This document shows positions 1-9,983 of a stretch of DNA of 64,000 nucleotides, piece after piece. The DNA is taken from assembly GCA_964627525.1 (NCBI GenBank), contig CAZVIA010000005.1, positions 6,078-70,077 on the forward strand. The letters run 5' to 3'. Numbering within the stretch: the stretch's first letter is position 1; every line of letters begins with the position of its first letter. The notes beneath the pieces were generated by a model. That model had not been told where the DNA came from. It ran no database searches and saw nothing but the letters and a program-made list of their open reading frames with translations. Made by a program: the position numbers and the translations under genes. The stretch is from an uncultured Gammaproteobacteria bacterium (GTDB taxonomy: Bacteria > Patescibacteriota > Patescibacteriia > Magasanikbacterales > JBBTQS01).

Positions 1-327
1 ATCTGCTCAAACTTACCTTCCTCATCTATTCTGACAACTTGCTGCCTAACCGCACGCTTCCTATATAAATCAATTACTAGGTTACGCGCTATTCTATATA
101 TAACAGCTCTAAAACTTCTTATGTCAGTATGTTCTGTAAGGTAATGCCATGCTTTTAAAAACGCATCAGCAGTTAAATCTTCAGCATCTTCATGAACACT
201 TACCTTAAAATAAACAAACCTGTAAATCGATGTTACATATATATCATAAAGTTCTGCGTATGCTTGTGGATCCTTTTTAGACTGAACTTTATATAAAAGG
301 TAATTTTCACGAATTTTGTCCTTCATC
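1..327 (-). CDS. ECF-type sigma-70 family RNA polymerase sigma factor, N-terminal part (C-terminus beyond window edge)
   Basis: Manual reverse translation from ATG (rc of 325-327): MKDKIRENYLLYKVQSKKDPQAYAELYDIYVTSIYRFVYFKV...DLTADAFLKAW...RAVIYRIARNLVIDLYRKR, a typical sigma-70 region 2 pattern. Not in the ORF track because it runs off the window. Confidence 0.65.
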
Positions 328-390
328 TAAGTAGACGTATTAAAATCAAAAACGTTACAGTTTGGTTAAAAACTTTTACAAAAATGGTGT

Positions 391-450
391 GGTGTGTGGG
401 TGGAATTCTCTATTTATTTAAGAGCGACGTTATCCACCCACACACCTTTT
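391..450. promoter_or_regulatory. Perfect 14-bp inverted repeat (GGTGTGTGGGTGGA / TCCACCCACACACC) with ~28-nt loop and T-run, in the divergent region between the sigma factor and HTH genes
   Basis: Arms at 391-404 and 433-446, read directly; TTTT at 447-450. Confidence 0.6.
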
Positions 451-514
451 GTACTGATATATGACCAGAACCTCTGAACTGTTCTACGCACTCGATATCT
501 GGTCACACATCATT

Positions 515-536
515 TTGTATACACTAGTCTATACAA
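515..536. promoter_or_regulatory. Near-palindromic 22-bp operator-like site TTGTATACACTAGTCTATACAA (copy 1)
   Basis: 18/20 dyad symmetry; identical second copy at 626-647. Followed by ATG plus a 7-codon mini-ORF, i.e. a duplicated promoter/start segment. Confidence 0.5.
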
Positions 537-625
537 AATGAGCAAAAAAGTCAAGTCTTAAAAAAATTTCAACTGATTTCACAAAATTCTGCTTGACACA
601 GCAAAAATCCTGTGTTTTACTTAAA

Positions 626-647
626 TTGTATACACTAGTCTATACAA
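626..647. promoter_or_regulatory. Near-palindromic 22-bp operator-like site (copy 2), ending 2 nt before the ATG of the HTH gene; TTGACA -35-like hexamer at 593-598
   Basis: Exact repeat of 515-536; abuts start codon at 649. Confidence 0.5.
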
Positions 648-648
648 A

Positions 649-957
649 ATGACTGAAAATGAACAAAAAATCAATATTGAGCAAAAACAAATTGTTAGAG
701 TGTCTGTTTCTGAAGCTGCAAGGCTTTTTGGAGTAAGCCAACAATCTGTACGTAGAGCTTTAAAAGACAATGAATTAAACTATATTGTAGTTTCAGAAAG
801 ATATAAAATTAGCTTTGAATCTTTAGTAAAATGGAGTCAGCAAAAATCTCATCGCAAAAAACAACTTGATAACACTGGAATTGGGCAATATGTTTCTAAA
901 TGGAAAATTAAAAACAAATTATACAGCCCAAGCAAAAAACTAGTTCGCAAAAAATAA
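649..957 (+). CDS. Small helix-turn-helix DNA-binding protein (excisionase/MerR-like HTH), likely autoregulated
   Basis: VSVSEAARLFGVSQQSVRRALKDNEL matches an HTH_17/excisionase-type motif; Lys-rich C-terminus; palindromic operator at start codon. Confidence 0.55.
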   Translation: MTENEQKINIEQKQIVRVSVSEAARLFGVSQQSVRRALKDNELNYIVVSERYKISFESLVKWSQQKSHRKKQLDNTGIGQYVSKWKIKNKLYSPSKKLVRKK

Positions 958-961
958 TTTT

Positions 962-2716
962 ATGTTTAAGAAACTATACCACAAAAAATACCATGGTTGG
1001 TATCGCAACGCCAAAAAATTATTTATTTTTGATTTAATACTACTTGGCCTAATAATCTTAACTGCTGGAACTGCAGTGTTTTTTTATTTTTATGGCTTGC
1101 CAGTTACAAGCAAAATTGACCTAACAATAACAACTCAAGCAACACACATAAACGGAGCTAATCTCCCAATCACAATTTCATATCAAAACAACAGCGACGC
1201 AATTCTTGAAAATGTTTTATTAAGTGTGCTTTTGCCAAATGGTTTTATTTTAGATAAAAATTCGGATGAAAGCCCGGACAAGAACACCGACGAAAGCCCC
1301 AACCCTGAAAACCAAAATCTAGACAAAAACAACTCAATCACAATTCCTGATCTAGCTCCAGGTGCAAATGCAAATTTAACAATAAGTGGACAATTTTTTT
1401 CAGACATAAAAAACAAAAACCAAATCATTGCTTCGCTATCATACAGACAACAAACTCGCTCTGTTCGCGAAACCAAATCTAGTGTTTTTCATTTAGCAAA
1501 TCCTGAACAGAATCCTGAACAGAATATTTTTTCTTTAAATATTCAGCCAGAACAAGCAATAATTTTCACACAACAACAAACTAAGACAAAAATCACTTTA
1601 TGTGACATTGATTCTGAATTTGATTTACCTGATACAATCCTTAAATTTACACACAAAAATCTAAAAACAAACAAAGATATAGTGTTAATTAAAGCAACTC
1701 AAAAACAACAATGTGAAATTGTTGAAATAAAAATTGAGCCACAAAATGACAAAAACGATGAAACCCAACTAATAGCAGAATTGATTTTTGAAAATAATGG
1801 AAAACCTGTCACAATAGCTCAAACATCAGCAGAAATTTTTATAAAAAATCCTAAGCCAAATTTTAGCTTAACACCTAAAACAAAAGTTTTTACACCAAAT
1901 ACTGACATTGATTTTGAACTAAAAATCACAAATACAGCAGACCAGCGAATAAATAATATAGGTGTTTTTATTCAGCCTGAAAATATTTGGCAAGAAAATC
2001 CAAACATTACATATAATGCTCATCCAGAACTACGGAGCATTACCCCAAATCAAACAGTCACAATTCCAATTGTTTTGAAAAGCAAAAACATCACTAGTCC
2101 GCAGACTAATGAAATAAACATCATCCCAAAAATAATTTTTGATTTTGATGCTTTGTCAGAGCCAGAAGTAAAATTAGAATATGCTGGAGAACCAATTATA
2201 ATGAAACTTCCAGCAAAACCGATTATTTTGGCAAATGCAAGATATTTTTCACCATTTGGCGATCAAATTGGGCGAGGTCCTATTCCGCCTATAGTTGGCC
2301 AAACAACAAAGTATTGGGTTTTTATAAATACACAATCACAATTTAGTAATACAAAAGACGCTGTGCTAAAAATGCAAACAGCGCCTAATGTAATTTTTAC
2401 TAATAAGTACAGCATGACTACAGGAAGTATTGCTTCACCAACAGAAAAAAATAGAATTTGGTATGTTGGAGACTTATCCACAGGCCGTGCTGAAGGTTTT
2501 TATATAGAAGTAGAGTTTACACCTGACCAAAATCAAGTTGGCAAGCATGTGAATTTGATTGAGACAATTGAGTTGAGCGGAAAAGATGTGGCAACAGGAT
2601 CTGATTTACAAATTAATCATCCAAAAATTACCTCGAAGTTAGAGCAAGATACTTATGCTCAAGATTTGGCGACTGAAGTGCAAGCTCTTCCTCATACACC
2701 AACATCAACTTTGTAG
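962..2716 (+). CDS. Membrane-anchored low-complexity repeat protein (N-terminal TM, N/T/Q-rich, NPEQNPEQN and DESPDKNTDESP repeats)
   Basis: Long ORF with N-terminal hydrophobic helix; in-frame tandem DNA repeats at 1262-1310 and 1501-1524; no recognisable catalytic motif. Confidence 0.5.
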   Translation: MFKKLYHKKYHGWYRNAKKLFIFDLILLGLIILTAGTAVFFYFYGLPVTSKIDLTITTQATHINGANLPITISYQNNSDAILENVLLSVLLPNGFILDKNSDESPDKNTDESPNPENQNLDKNNSITIPDLAPGANANLTISGQFFSDIKNKNQIIASLSYRQQTRSVRETKSSVFHLANPEQNPEQNIFSLNIQPEQAIIFTQQQTKTKITLCDIDSEFDLPDTILKFTHKNLKTNKDIVLIKATQKQQCEIVEIKIEPQNDKNDETQLIAELIFENNGKPVTIAQTSAEIFIKNPKPNFSLTPKTKVFTPNTDIDFELKITNTADQRINNIGVFIQPENIWQENPNITYNAHPELRSITPNQTVTIPIVLKSKNITSPQTNEINIIPKIIFDFDALSEPEVKLEYAGEPIIMKLPAKPIILANARYFSPFGDQIGRGPIPPIVGQTTKYWVFINTQSQFSNTKDAVLKMQTAPNVIFTNKYSMTTGSIASPTEKNRIWYVGDLSTGRAEGFYIEVEFTPDQNQVGKHVNLIETIELSGKDVATGSDLQINHPKITSKLEQDTYAQDLATEVQALPHTPTSTL

Positions 2717-3839
2717 CAACGCGATCCCAAGAATATTGATTTGCAACAAACTCTTGTGCTTGTTTTGATTTTTTTGAAACAAAATTTTTGTCCAAAGCAA
2801 GGCGTACAATAGCTTTTTCAAGCTCACTTAAATCCCCTACAGGAAATAGCAAATGTTCATCATGAACAACTTCCATGTGTGGCTGAATTGCTGAAACCAA
2901 CACAGCGGTTTTTTGCGCCATAATTTCAAGCACACTCATTGGCAAACCTTCTGCATGAGATGCATGAATTCCAAGATACGCCTGACGCATCAATGCTTGC
3001 AAAGTTTGGCCCGCTTGATATCCAGTGAAAACAATATTTTTGTCCGTAAGACTCATTGTTTTTAGCATTTTAAAATATGTGTTTGTAAAACTTCCAGCAC
3101 CAACAATAGCCAACTTCATATTTTGAAAAGCTTCTGGATTAGCTTTTTTCGCACGTTTAAATCCAGCAATAACTTCATGCACACCTTTGTGTTGCACAAG
3201 ACGAGTAACTACAACAAAATATTTGTTTGGCTCAAGATCAAACTGCTTAATCAATGTAGCATCAAATTCATCACTAGTTTGTGTTGGAATTGTTGCACCA
3301 TTTGGCAAATAAACAGCTTTTGTTCCAAACTTTTCTTTAATATATTGAACAATCATAAATGAACTTGCCAAAACAGCATGTGAAAAACTCACTGCAGTGT
3401 ATTCACCCATGCGAAGTGCTAGACGAGCAAACCATCCCCATTTTGCATGTTCACGATCAATTGATTGAAAACTTGTGATAATTTTTGTGCGCGGATTAAA
3501 AATTCTTGGAATCCAAGACATTAACGATGGGCCAACTCCATGATAATGAATAATATTGTACTTTTGAAAAAGTGCATGAATTGTAGACAAAAATGTGTGA
3601 ACAATTGCATCCAAATGTTTTGTGTTAATTGTTGGGATTTTTTTGATAGTCATCCCTTTATAATTTGTTTTTTGAATTTTTGTATACCAAGGACGGCTAT
3701 ACACAGTAACCTTATATCCAGCTTCAGCCAAACGAGAGCCCAATTCATCAACAGAACGTTCAACACCACCAAAAATAGCAGGCACTCCTTTTTGCCCGAT
3801 CATTGCTATTTTTATAGTTTTGTTTTTAGTGTAATTCAT
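2628..3839 (-). CDS. Glycosyltransferase family 4 (GT4)
   Basis: N-terminal GQKGVPAIFGGVERSV and C-terminal EGLPMSVLEIMAQKTAVLVS (E-x7-E) motifs. Confidence 0.8.
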   Translation of the reverse strand: MNYTKNKTIKIAMIGQKGVPAIFGGVERSVDELGSRLAEAGYKVTVYSRPWYTKIQKTNYKGMTIKKIPTINTKHLDAIVHTFLSTIHALFQKYNIIHYHGVGPSLMSWIPRIFNPRTKIITSFQSIDREHAKWGWFARLALRMGEYTAVSFSHAVLASSFMIVQYIKEKFGTKAVYLPNGATIPTQTSDEFDATLIKQFDLEPNKYFVVVTRLVQHKGVHEVIAGFKRAKKANPEAFQNMKLAIVGAGSFTNTYFKMLKTMSLTDKNIVFTGYQAGQTLQALMRQAYLGIHASHAEGLPMSVLEIMAQKTAVLVSAIQPHMEVVHDEHLLFPVGDLSELEKAIVRLALDKNFVSKKSKQAQEFVANQYSWDRVATKLMLVYEEELALQSPNLEHKYLALTSR

Positions 3840-4103
3840 ATATAAAACACGCTAAATTAGCCAATAATTTAACTCTACATAATAGCATATTTATACGATT
3901 TTGTCAACTCACTGTGTTCGTTGTCAGCTAGGTTTTTTGATAAGGGTTGGGTTGTGATTTTTTGACTAAAATTAGGGAAAAATTAAAGTTTGCGAAAAAA
4001 CAAAAATAGACAATAATTGACTATATTGCCATAATATACTAAGATACTCATCTGCCATCAGGGCAGATTCTGCAACTTTAACAACCAGAGGAGGTGTACT
4101 CAA

Positions 4104-5096
4104 ATGAGTACAAAAATGCAAAAAGTTGGAGCTTCTTGTTTTGTTGGTGGGATGCTTACACTCCTTTCACTGATCATCTTGGTTCCTAGCTTGCACTGGA
4201 TCGGCATGATCATTTGTGCAGTTGGTGGAGCCTTGTTTGGTTACATGTTCCATGATTTCAAAGCTGTTCTCAGAGCGATTCCGATTGCTTGGCACTATGC
4301 TGTTACTCAGCTTCACAAAGATGCATTCAGCGTGATCTTGTTTGCGATCTGTGTTGTTCCACACTTCGCATACTTGGGAATCCAATGGCTAGCAAGCAAG
4401 CCTCGACCTCGGTGGATGATTCACTCATTTGCTGGGTGTGTACTAATGTTGCTGTTTTTCTTTTACGACAGTGATTATGAAAGAAGTTATCTGTCTCTTA
4501 CAGGTAGTGCATTCCTAGTTTGGCTTGTTTCATCTATTGTCTGGTGGATATTCCTTGATTTCTTCATTGTGGGTGTCCTCTTGTTTGGGGTGACAGACGA
4601 TATGCTTGGTGATTCAGTTAACAGCTACTGGGAGAGAAAGGCAAATATCGACCTGTCTGATGTGGGGGAATTTACTTTTGAGATCTTTGGTGAAATCAAG
4701 TGGAAACATGCTTTGCAACTTTATGCAGTAGCACTGCTGAACATTGTGTTTGTGCAGTTACACCCAATATGTGCATTCATCTACTTTGTGGGTTGTGCTC
4801 TGTGGATAATCACCAAGCTTGGTTTCAGCTTCGCCTGGAAACTATTTGATCTGATTCACTCAAACGAGCGGATTGTGGTTGCAGTAGACACTCCGCTTGG
4901 TGCATTTCTCACGTACGGTTTGATTCGGGCTTTTGCTGGAGATCCAATCTTGATGCAACCGTGGATTCAACTCTTACTCTGCTTTGCTGGCGGTCTTGCT
5001 TCTGCTGGCTTGGGCATGCTCAACTACAAGCTCATGCAAAACATCCACTGGATCAAGAACTGGATTAGAGACATGGAATTCAACTTCACAGACTAG
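4104..5096 (+). CDS. Hypothetical polytopic membrane protein (higher GC ~46%, strong RBS GGAGG)
   Basis: Multiple hydrophobic segments; AGAGGAGGTG 7 nt upstream of ATG; hairpin ATCTGCC-atcag-GGCAGAT in 5' leader (4050-4069). Confidence 0.55.
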   Translation: MSTKMQKVGASCFVGGMLTLLSLIILVPSLHWIGMIICAVGGALFGYMFHDFKAVLRAIPIAWHYAVTQLHKDAFSVILFAICVVPHFAYLGIQWLASKPRPRWMIHSFAGCVLMLLFFFYDSDYERSYLSLTGSAFLVWLVSSIVWWIFLDFFIVGVLLFGVTDDMLGDSVNSYWERKANIDLSDVGEFTFEIFGEIKWKHALQLYAVALLNIVFVQLHPICAFIYFVGCALWIITKLGFSFAWKLFDLIHSNERIVVAVDTPLGAFLTYGLIRAFAGDPILMQPWIQLLLCFAGGLASAGLGMLNYKLMQNIHWIKNWIRDMEFNFTD

Positions 5097-5612
5097 GGCT
5101 GAACAGCTCGGTCCGCAACAAACAAAGAACTATATGATTAACTTCATGTGGTTTTTTGATATATAAAAAGTTGACTTCTTATATTATTAAGTGATATATT
5201 TATCTAATTTTTACCTCAAAAAAATGGATAAAAAAGAATTTAAAAAGTTTTTGCAGAAAAAAAGATTGTGGTACAAAAAAATCAAAAAAGGAGTTACACT
5301 TTTGGTCAATTCAAAATACGACCTTTAACAAAAATGTAGAAATAAAAGTAGTGCTCAAAAAAATAGGTAATGGAAAAATAATATTTTTTAGTGTAATGAA
5401 AATGGATAAAAAACAAAATAACCGCCACAATGGACAGTTATTTTGATGTACCTACTTTCTGCTTAGGAATAAATTCCATGGCTGAATAAAGCTTTCGCTT
5501 CATAGGTACAAATGAAATATAATACACTCGTTTGAGCTTGTCAAATTGGCTGGGGCGGTCGAGCGTGCCGATGGAGGTATGTAGTTGACAATATTAACAA
5601 ACAAGATTTGTG

Positions 5613-7640
5613 TTATCTAAAAAAACTAGCCGTAAAAACATCAGCACCTAACACCAAAATCTCATCTTTTCCATCTCCATCTAAATCATCTCCAGCAACA
5701 TATACACCATTGCGCTGACCAGAAAAAGCTTTAAAACCCTCCCCTATTTTTTCACCAGAAGAATTAAAAACAAAAATTTCAGTATTAACTCCAGGTCCAG
5801 GACCAGTCACAATTTCCACTATCCCATCTCCATCAACATCAGCTGCAGCAACCCTAACACCTCCGCGCATTGATTTTTGATAAGGGAAAAAACCTGGGTC
5901 AAGCAACCGACCATCTGCTGAAAAAATCTGAACATGGGGCCCACCACCAACACCAGCCCCAACAATAATTTCATTTAAACCATTTCCATTTGTATCTCCA
6001 ATCGTAATATTCACACCTCCACGAAACTTTGGATGAAAAGCAAAAAAACCACCATTCAACAATCGACCATGCGCAGAAAAAACTCGCACATGAGGCCCAC
6101 CACCATCCCGAGTTCCAGTAATAATTTCTTTTGTAGAACTTCCAGTCACCTGACCAACTGCAATTGTAACCCCACCAGTATAAGTTTCAGCATAAGCTGC
6201 AAACTTTGCGCGCAACTCCCCTGTCTCTTCGTACACATAAACATAAGTTTTATCTGAAACAATTTTTTCCACTTTACCATCACCTTCTAAATCTGCAAAC
6301 AAAACTTGCATTCCTCCCCTAACTTTTGGATCATAAGCAAAAAAACCATTGCGCACCACTTCCCCATTTTTATTAAAAACACGCGCAAACGCACCATTAT
6401 CAAAAGCTGTCCCAAAAAACTTTTCAACCCGACGCATTAAAATCCGTCCATCTTTTGCAGGCACAACTAAAGACGAAACAATCCTGCCAGAATTTGCAGA
6501 AGAATCTTGCTTACCATGAATTTGCTCAAACTCTCCATCAAAAACAATAGTCTTTGAAGAAGAAGCAGTATTCACAACAACAGTTCCATGACTAAAATCA
6601 CGACGCCACACTTCCCCAACTTGATATGGTTCAGATTTTGCCTCACCCAAAAAAGTTTCATACTCATCATACCACCAAATTTGCGTATGATTTTGATCTC
6701 CATCATCAAAAGAATAAAAACCATCACCCATCAACGCACTTGCCAAACCATAACGCATCATTTGATAATCATTTGACTTAATTACATTATTTGTATTGCT
6801 ATTTATAATTGAAGTATTTGGCTGTACACCCTTGTTTTGAAAATCCAAATATTGCGTTATTGTCTGCTTCCAACCATATCGCGGAAAATTTTCATACATT
6901 ATTCCATTCAATTCCGTAAAATCAGAATCACCATTTCCAATTAAAACAATTTTGTTTTTAGCTAAAGCGCGAGTTTTTTTAAACAATTTTTTCATGTGTT
7001 TTTGCCATTCAGCATTTACAAAACCTTCTGTGTCGCGCTTCCCATCTAAATTTATATCAACATCAGACCCAGCAAAATAAGTTATGTTTTGCCAAGAGTT
7101 ATCATAAAAAATTCCATCCCAATTTTTTGTAGATAAAATTTCATTTACAACATGTTCAGCTGTGTAATCTGCTGTGCGAGAAACATTTAATAAATAAGTT
7201 CCTGGCCACCAACTTAATTTTTGGCCTGCACTATTTTTTAAATACCAAGATTCTGGAGTTTCCAAATAACGCTTATAACGCAAAGGACTTATTTGCGATA
7301 AAGTTTTTGCATCCTGACGAATATCTTGTGAAGTTATGTAAGCTAAAATCGTAATATCGGGATTTAACTGACGCATTAATTTTATTGACTCAGGCGTGCG
7401 CTCTTGAACTTCAGCATCCAAAACAACCAAATCCCATTTTGCCAACTCACGCGCTTTTGCTTTATCAACTGTCCAAGCCAAATAATAATTTGCACGTTTA
7501 GGAAAATTATTTTTAATTTTTGCTGTAAAAACTTTTTGCGCACACAAATTAAAAACAAAAAAACCTGCTACCAAAAAAATCAGCAACAAAATTTTGTATT
7601 TTTTTAAATTTTTAATTTTTATTAAGGGAGACGGATTCAT
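5613..7640 (-). CDS. Secreted/membrane-anchored protein: TIM-barrel glycoside-hydrolase-like domain (GH114/GHL-like, tentative) fused to FG-GAP/VCBS-type beta-propeller repeats
   Basis: N-terminal TM; C-terminal repeats of type ADVDGDGIVEIVTGPG, TNGNGLNEIIVGAGVGGGPHVQIF, DDLDGDGKDEILVLGAD (FG-GAP consensus). Confidence 0.55.
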   Translation of the reverse strand: MNPSPLIKIKNLKKYKILLLIFLVAGFFVFNLCAQKVFTAKIKNNFPKRANYYLAWTVDKAKARELAKWDLVVLDAEVQERTPESIKLMRQLNPDITILAYITSQDIRQDAKTLSQISPLRYKRYLETPESWYLKNSAGQKLSWWPGTYLLNVSRTADYTAEHVVNEILSTKNWDGIFYDNSWQNITYFAGSDVDINLDGKRDTEGFVNAEWQKHMKKLFKKTRALAKNKIVLIGNGDSDFTELNGIMYENFPRYGWKQTITQYLDFQNKGVQPNTSIINSNTNNVIKSNDYQMMRYGLASALMGDGFYSFDDGDQNHTQIWWYDEYETFLGEAKSEPYQVGEVWRRDFSHGTVVVNTASSSKTIVFDGEFEQIHGKQDSSANSGRIVSSLVVPAKDGRILMRRVEKFFGTAFDNGAFARVFNKNGEVVRNGFFAYDPKVRGGMQVLFADLEGDGKVEKIVSDKTYVYVYEETGELRAKFAAYAETYTGGVTIAVGQVTGSSTKEIITGTRDGGGPHVRVFSAHGRLLNGGFFAFHPKFRGGVNITIGDTNGNGLNEIIVGAGVGGGPHVQIFSADGRLLDPGFFPYQKSMRGGVRVAAADVDGDGIVEIVTGPGPGVNTEIFVFNSSGEKIGEGFKAFSGQRNGVYVAGDDLDGDGKDEILVLGADVFTASFFR

Positions 7641-8778
7641 AAATCTGCATTACCCCCTTATAATGTTTTTTTAAATTAAGATTTTGCACAACCCATTCAC
7701 GCGCAGCCAAGCCAATTTCATCGCGTTGCTGTGACGGTATATTATACACATGCTGCAAAGTATCTGCAAGTGCATGAGCATCTTTTGGTGTAAATAAAAA
7801 TCCTGTTTTATTTTGATTAATTTGTTCTGGAATTCCACCAATTCGCGATGCAACAACAATTTTTCCCATAGACATTGCTTCAACAACGGAAAATGGAAAA
7901 TTTTCAAACCATTCTGAAGGCACCACAACCACAGCTGCATTAGCTAAAAACTTACGCAATTTTGGCTTACTTAAAAATCCCACAAACTCAATATGATTTA
8001 AAGACCGGTGGCGCACATATTGTTTTAAGTGAGATTCTACTGGACCAGTTCCAGCAATTTTCAAATTAATATTATGTAAATGCGCCGCAGCTTTCATTAA
8101 AGTCATTAAACCTTTTTCATGAGACAACCGACCCGCATACGCAATATAACCTTCATCACCAGACTCATATTTCCAATTATCTGAATCTAACATGTACGGC
8201 AAATGCTGAAATTTAGATTTAGGCCAACCAGCTTTTACACAAAAATCTTTTATAAAATTACTTGGCGCAATAAATTTATCAACTTTGTCATAACTTTTCA
8301 AAACCTTGTGCAACATTTTTTCTAAACCACCCAAAGCTTTTTCAGAAAAACTTCTGCGACTCACCAAAGTATAATCAGAAGAAACTAATTTATAATCATG
8401 CAAACTCATCACAACCGGAATTTTGTGTTTTTTCAAAGTGTGTAAAATTGCTGGACTAAGATGATGGTAAATATTATGTAAATGTGCAACATCAAAAGGT
8501 CCGTGATCTAAAATTAATTTTTCTAGTTTTTGTTGGGCATTTTTTGAATACAAAAAATGCCCAACTTTTTTTACCTTCTTAGTAAAACCATCTTTTTTCC
8601 GAAAATCAATTTCATCAATAAAATATTTTTCAAATTTTGTTTTCAAATTTTCTGGATGCTTCATTGAAAAAGGAACAACTTCGTTACCATAAGTTTTTAA
8701 CAATTTTTCTAATTCCAAAAAATAAGTGCTTGCACCGTCACGATAAAAATAATTTTTATGTACATTCAAAATTTTCAT
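7612..8778 (-). CDS. Glycosyltransferase family 4
   Basis: YAGRLSHEKGLMTLMKAA and PSEWFENFPFSVVEAMSMGKIVVAS motifs. Confidence 0.8.
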   Translation of the reverse strand: MKILNVHKNYFYRDGASTYFLELEKLLKTYGNEVVPFSMKHPENLKTKFEKYFIDEIDFRKKDGFTKKVKKVGHFLYSKNAQQKLEKLILDHGPFDVAHLHNIYHHLSPAILHTLKKHKIPVVMSLHDYKLVSSDYTLVSRRSFSEKALGGLEKMLHKVLKSYDKVDKFIAPSNFIKDFCVKAGWPKSKFQHLPYMLDSDNWKYESGDEGYIAYAGRLSHEKGLMTLMKAAAHLHNINLKIAGTGPVESHLKQYVRHRSLNHIEFVGFLSKPKLRKFLANAAVVVVPSEWFENFPFSVVEAMSMGKIVVASRIGGIPEQINQNKTGFLFTPKDAHALADTLQHVYNIPSQQRDEIGLAAREWVVQNLNLKKHYKGVMQIYESVSLNKN

Positions 8779-8798
8779 TTTAAATTTTCATTTTACTT

Positions 8799-9983
8799 TT
8801 ACTTTTTATCTTCTAACAAACTTAAATACAACAACTGATATTTTTTCACAATATTTTTTACATCAAAATTCTGCAAAGCATATTCACGCGCATTTTGACC
8901 AACCTTTAAAGTAGACACAGGATCTAACATCACATAACGCAATTGTTCTGCCAACATATTTGTATCTTCTGACTCAAACATAAAACCAGTTTTCCCCTGA
9001 TCAACCAACTCCACAATACCACCAACTTTTGAAACAATCACTGGCTTTGCCGCAGCCATTGCTTCCATAATCACAATCCCCTGACCTTCCCACCGCGAAG
9101 CCAAAACAAAAGCATGATGATCTTGCAAAACCTTGGGAATCTCATCAGTTGTCCCATAAAAACTTACCTTTTCCTTTAACCCCAACATCTGCACCTGGTC
9201 TTCTAAATCCCCTAACAGCGAACCATTTCCAACAACAGTTAGCTCCCATGGCAAATCACGAATTTTTGCAAAAGCACTAAACAACACATCAAAACCTTTT
9301 TGCTTTTCTAAACGACCAATACTTACAAATCTCACAACTTTAGTTTTTTCAAACGACACTGATTTTAATTTTACAAAATTTTCCACATCAACCCCATTTG
9401 AAATCAAAATCATTTTTGCATCATCAACACCTTCAATTTTATTTGCATATCTTTTTACTGCTTGTGAAATTACAATTATACAATTTGAAAACTTTGCCAG
9501 CACACCTTTAACTTTATGGCGAAACCAAGATTCATCAAACCAAGTATTATGTTCTGTTGAAACTATTACTGGCACGCGCGCAAACCACGCAGCTATTTTT
9601 CCCCAAGCATCAGCTCCAAACAAATGTGTGTGCACAACATCTGGTTTTTCTTTTAAAAATAATCTCCACAATTTAAAAACCATTTCCAATCCCCACCAAG
9701 ATTTTTTTTCTAAAGCAATGTAACGAACACCTGAATCAATTATTTCATCTTCAAAACCACCACCACGCACCAAAGAAACTACAATCAATTCAATTTTCTC
9801 GCGATCATGATAGCGCGCAAAATCAACCAACAATCTTTCTGCACCACCAAATTGTAAAGTTGGAATGCAGTGGATTACTTTGATTTTGCTTTGCTCTGAA
9901 TTTTTTTCTTGCTCTTGTATTTTTTCTTGTTCTCCCATAAAATCATTTGCGAAACAGCCAATGCTATTCCAATTGGAAACCAC
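8799..9983 (-). CDS. Glycosyltransferase family 4 (true start may be downstream of the ORF-track start, reducing the overlap with the upstream gene)
   Basis: IHCIPTLQFGGAERLL and ASRWEGQGIVIMEAMAAAKPVIVSKVGGIVE motifs. Confidence 0.75.
   Translation of the reverse strand: MVSNWNSIGCFANDFMGEQEKIQEQEKNSEQSKIKVIHCIPTLQFGGAERLLVDFARYHDREKIELIVVSLVRGGGFEDEIIDSGVRYIALEKKSWWGLEMVFKLWRLFLKEKPDVVHTHLFGADAWGKIAAWFARVPVIVSTEHNTWFDESWFRHKVKGVLAKFSNCIIVISQAVKRYANKIEGVDDAKMILISNGVDVENFVKLKSVSFEKTKVVRFVSIGRLEKQKGFDVLFSAFAKIRDLPWELTVVGNGSLLGDLEDQVQMLGLKEKVSFYGTTDEIPKVLQDHHAFVLASRWEGQGIVIMEAMAAAKPVIVSKVGGIVELVDQGKTGFMFESEDTNMLAEQLRYVMLDPVSTLKVGQNAREYALQNFDVKNIVKKYQLLYLSLLEDKK

Noticed and set aside
4167-5166. 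Small ORFs (60-72 aa) overlapping the 4104..5096 membrane-protein gene
   Set aside because: Nested or antisense within a coherent 330-aa hydrophobic ORF with a strong RBS.
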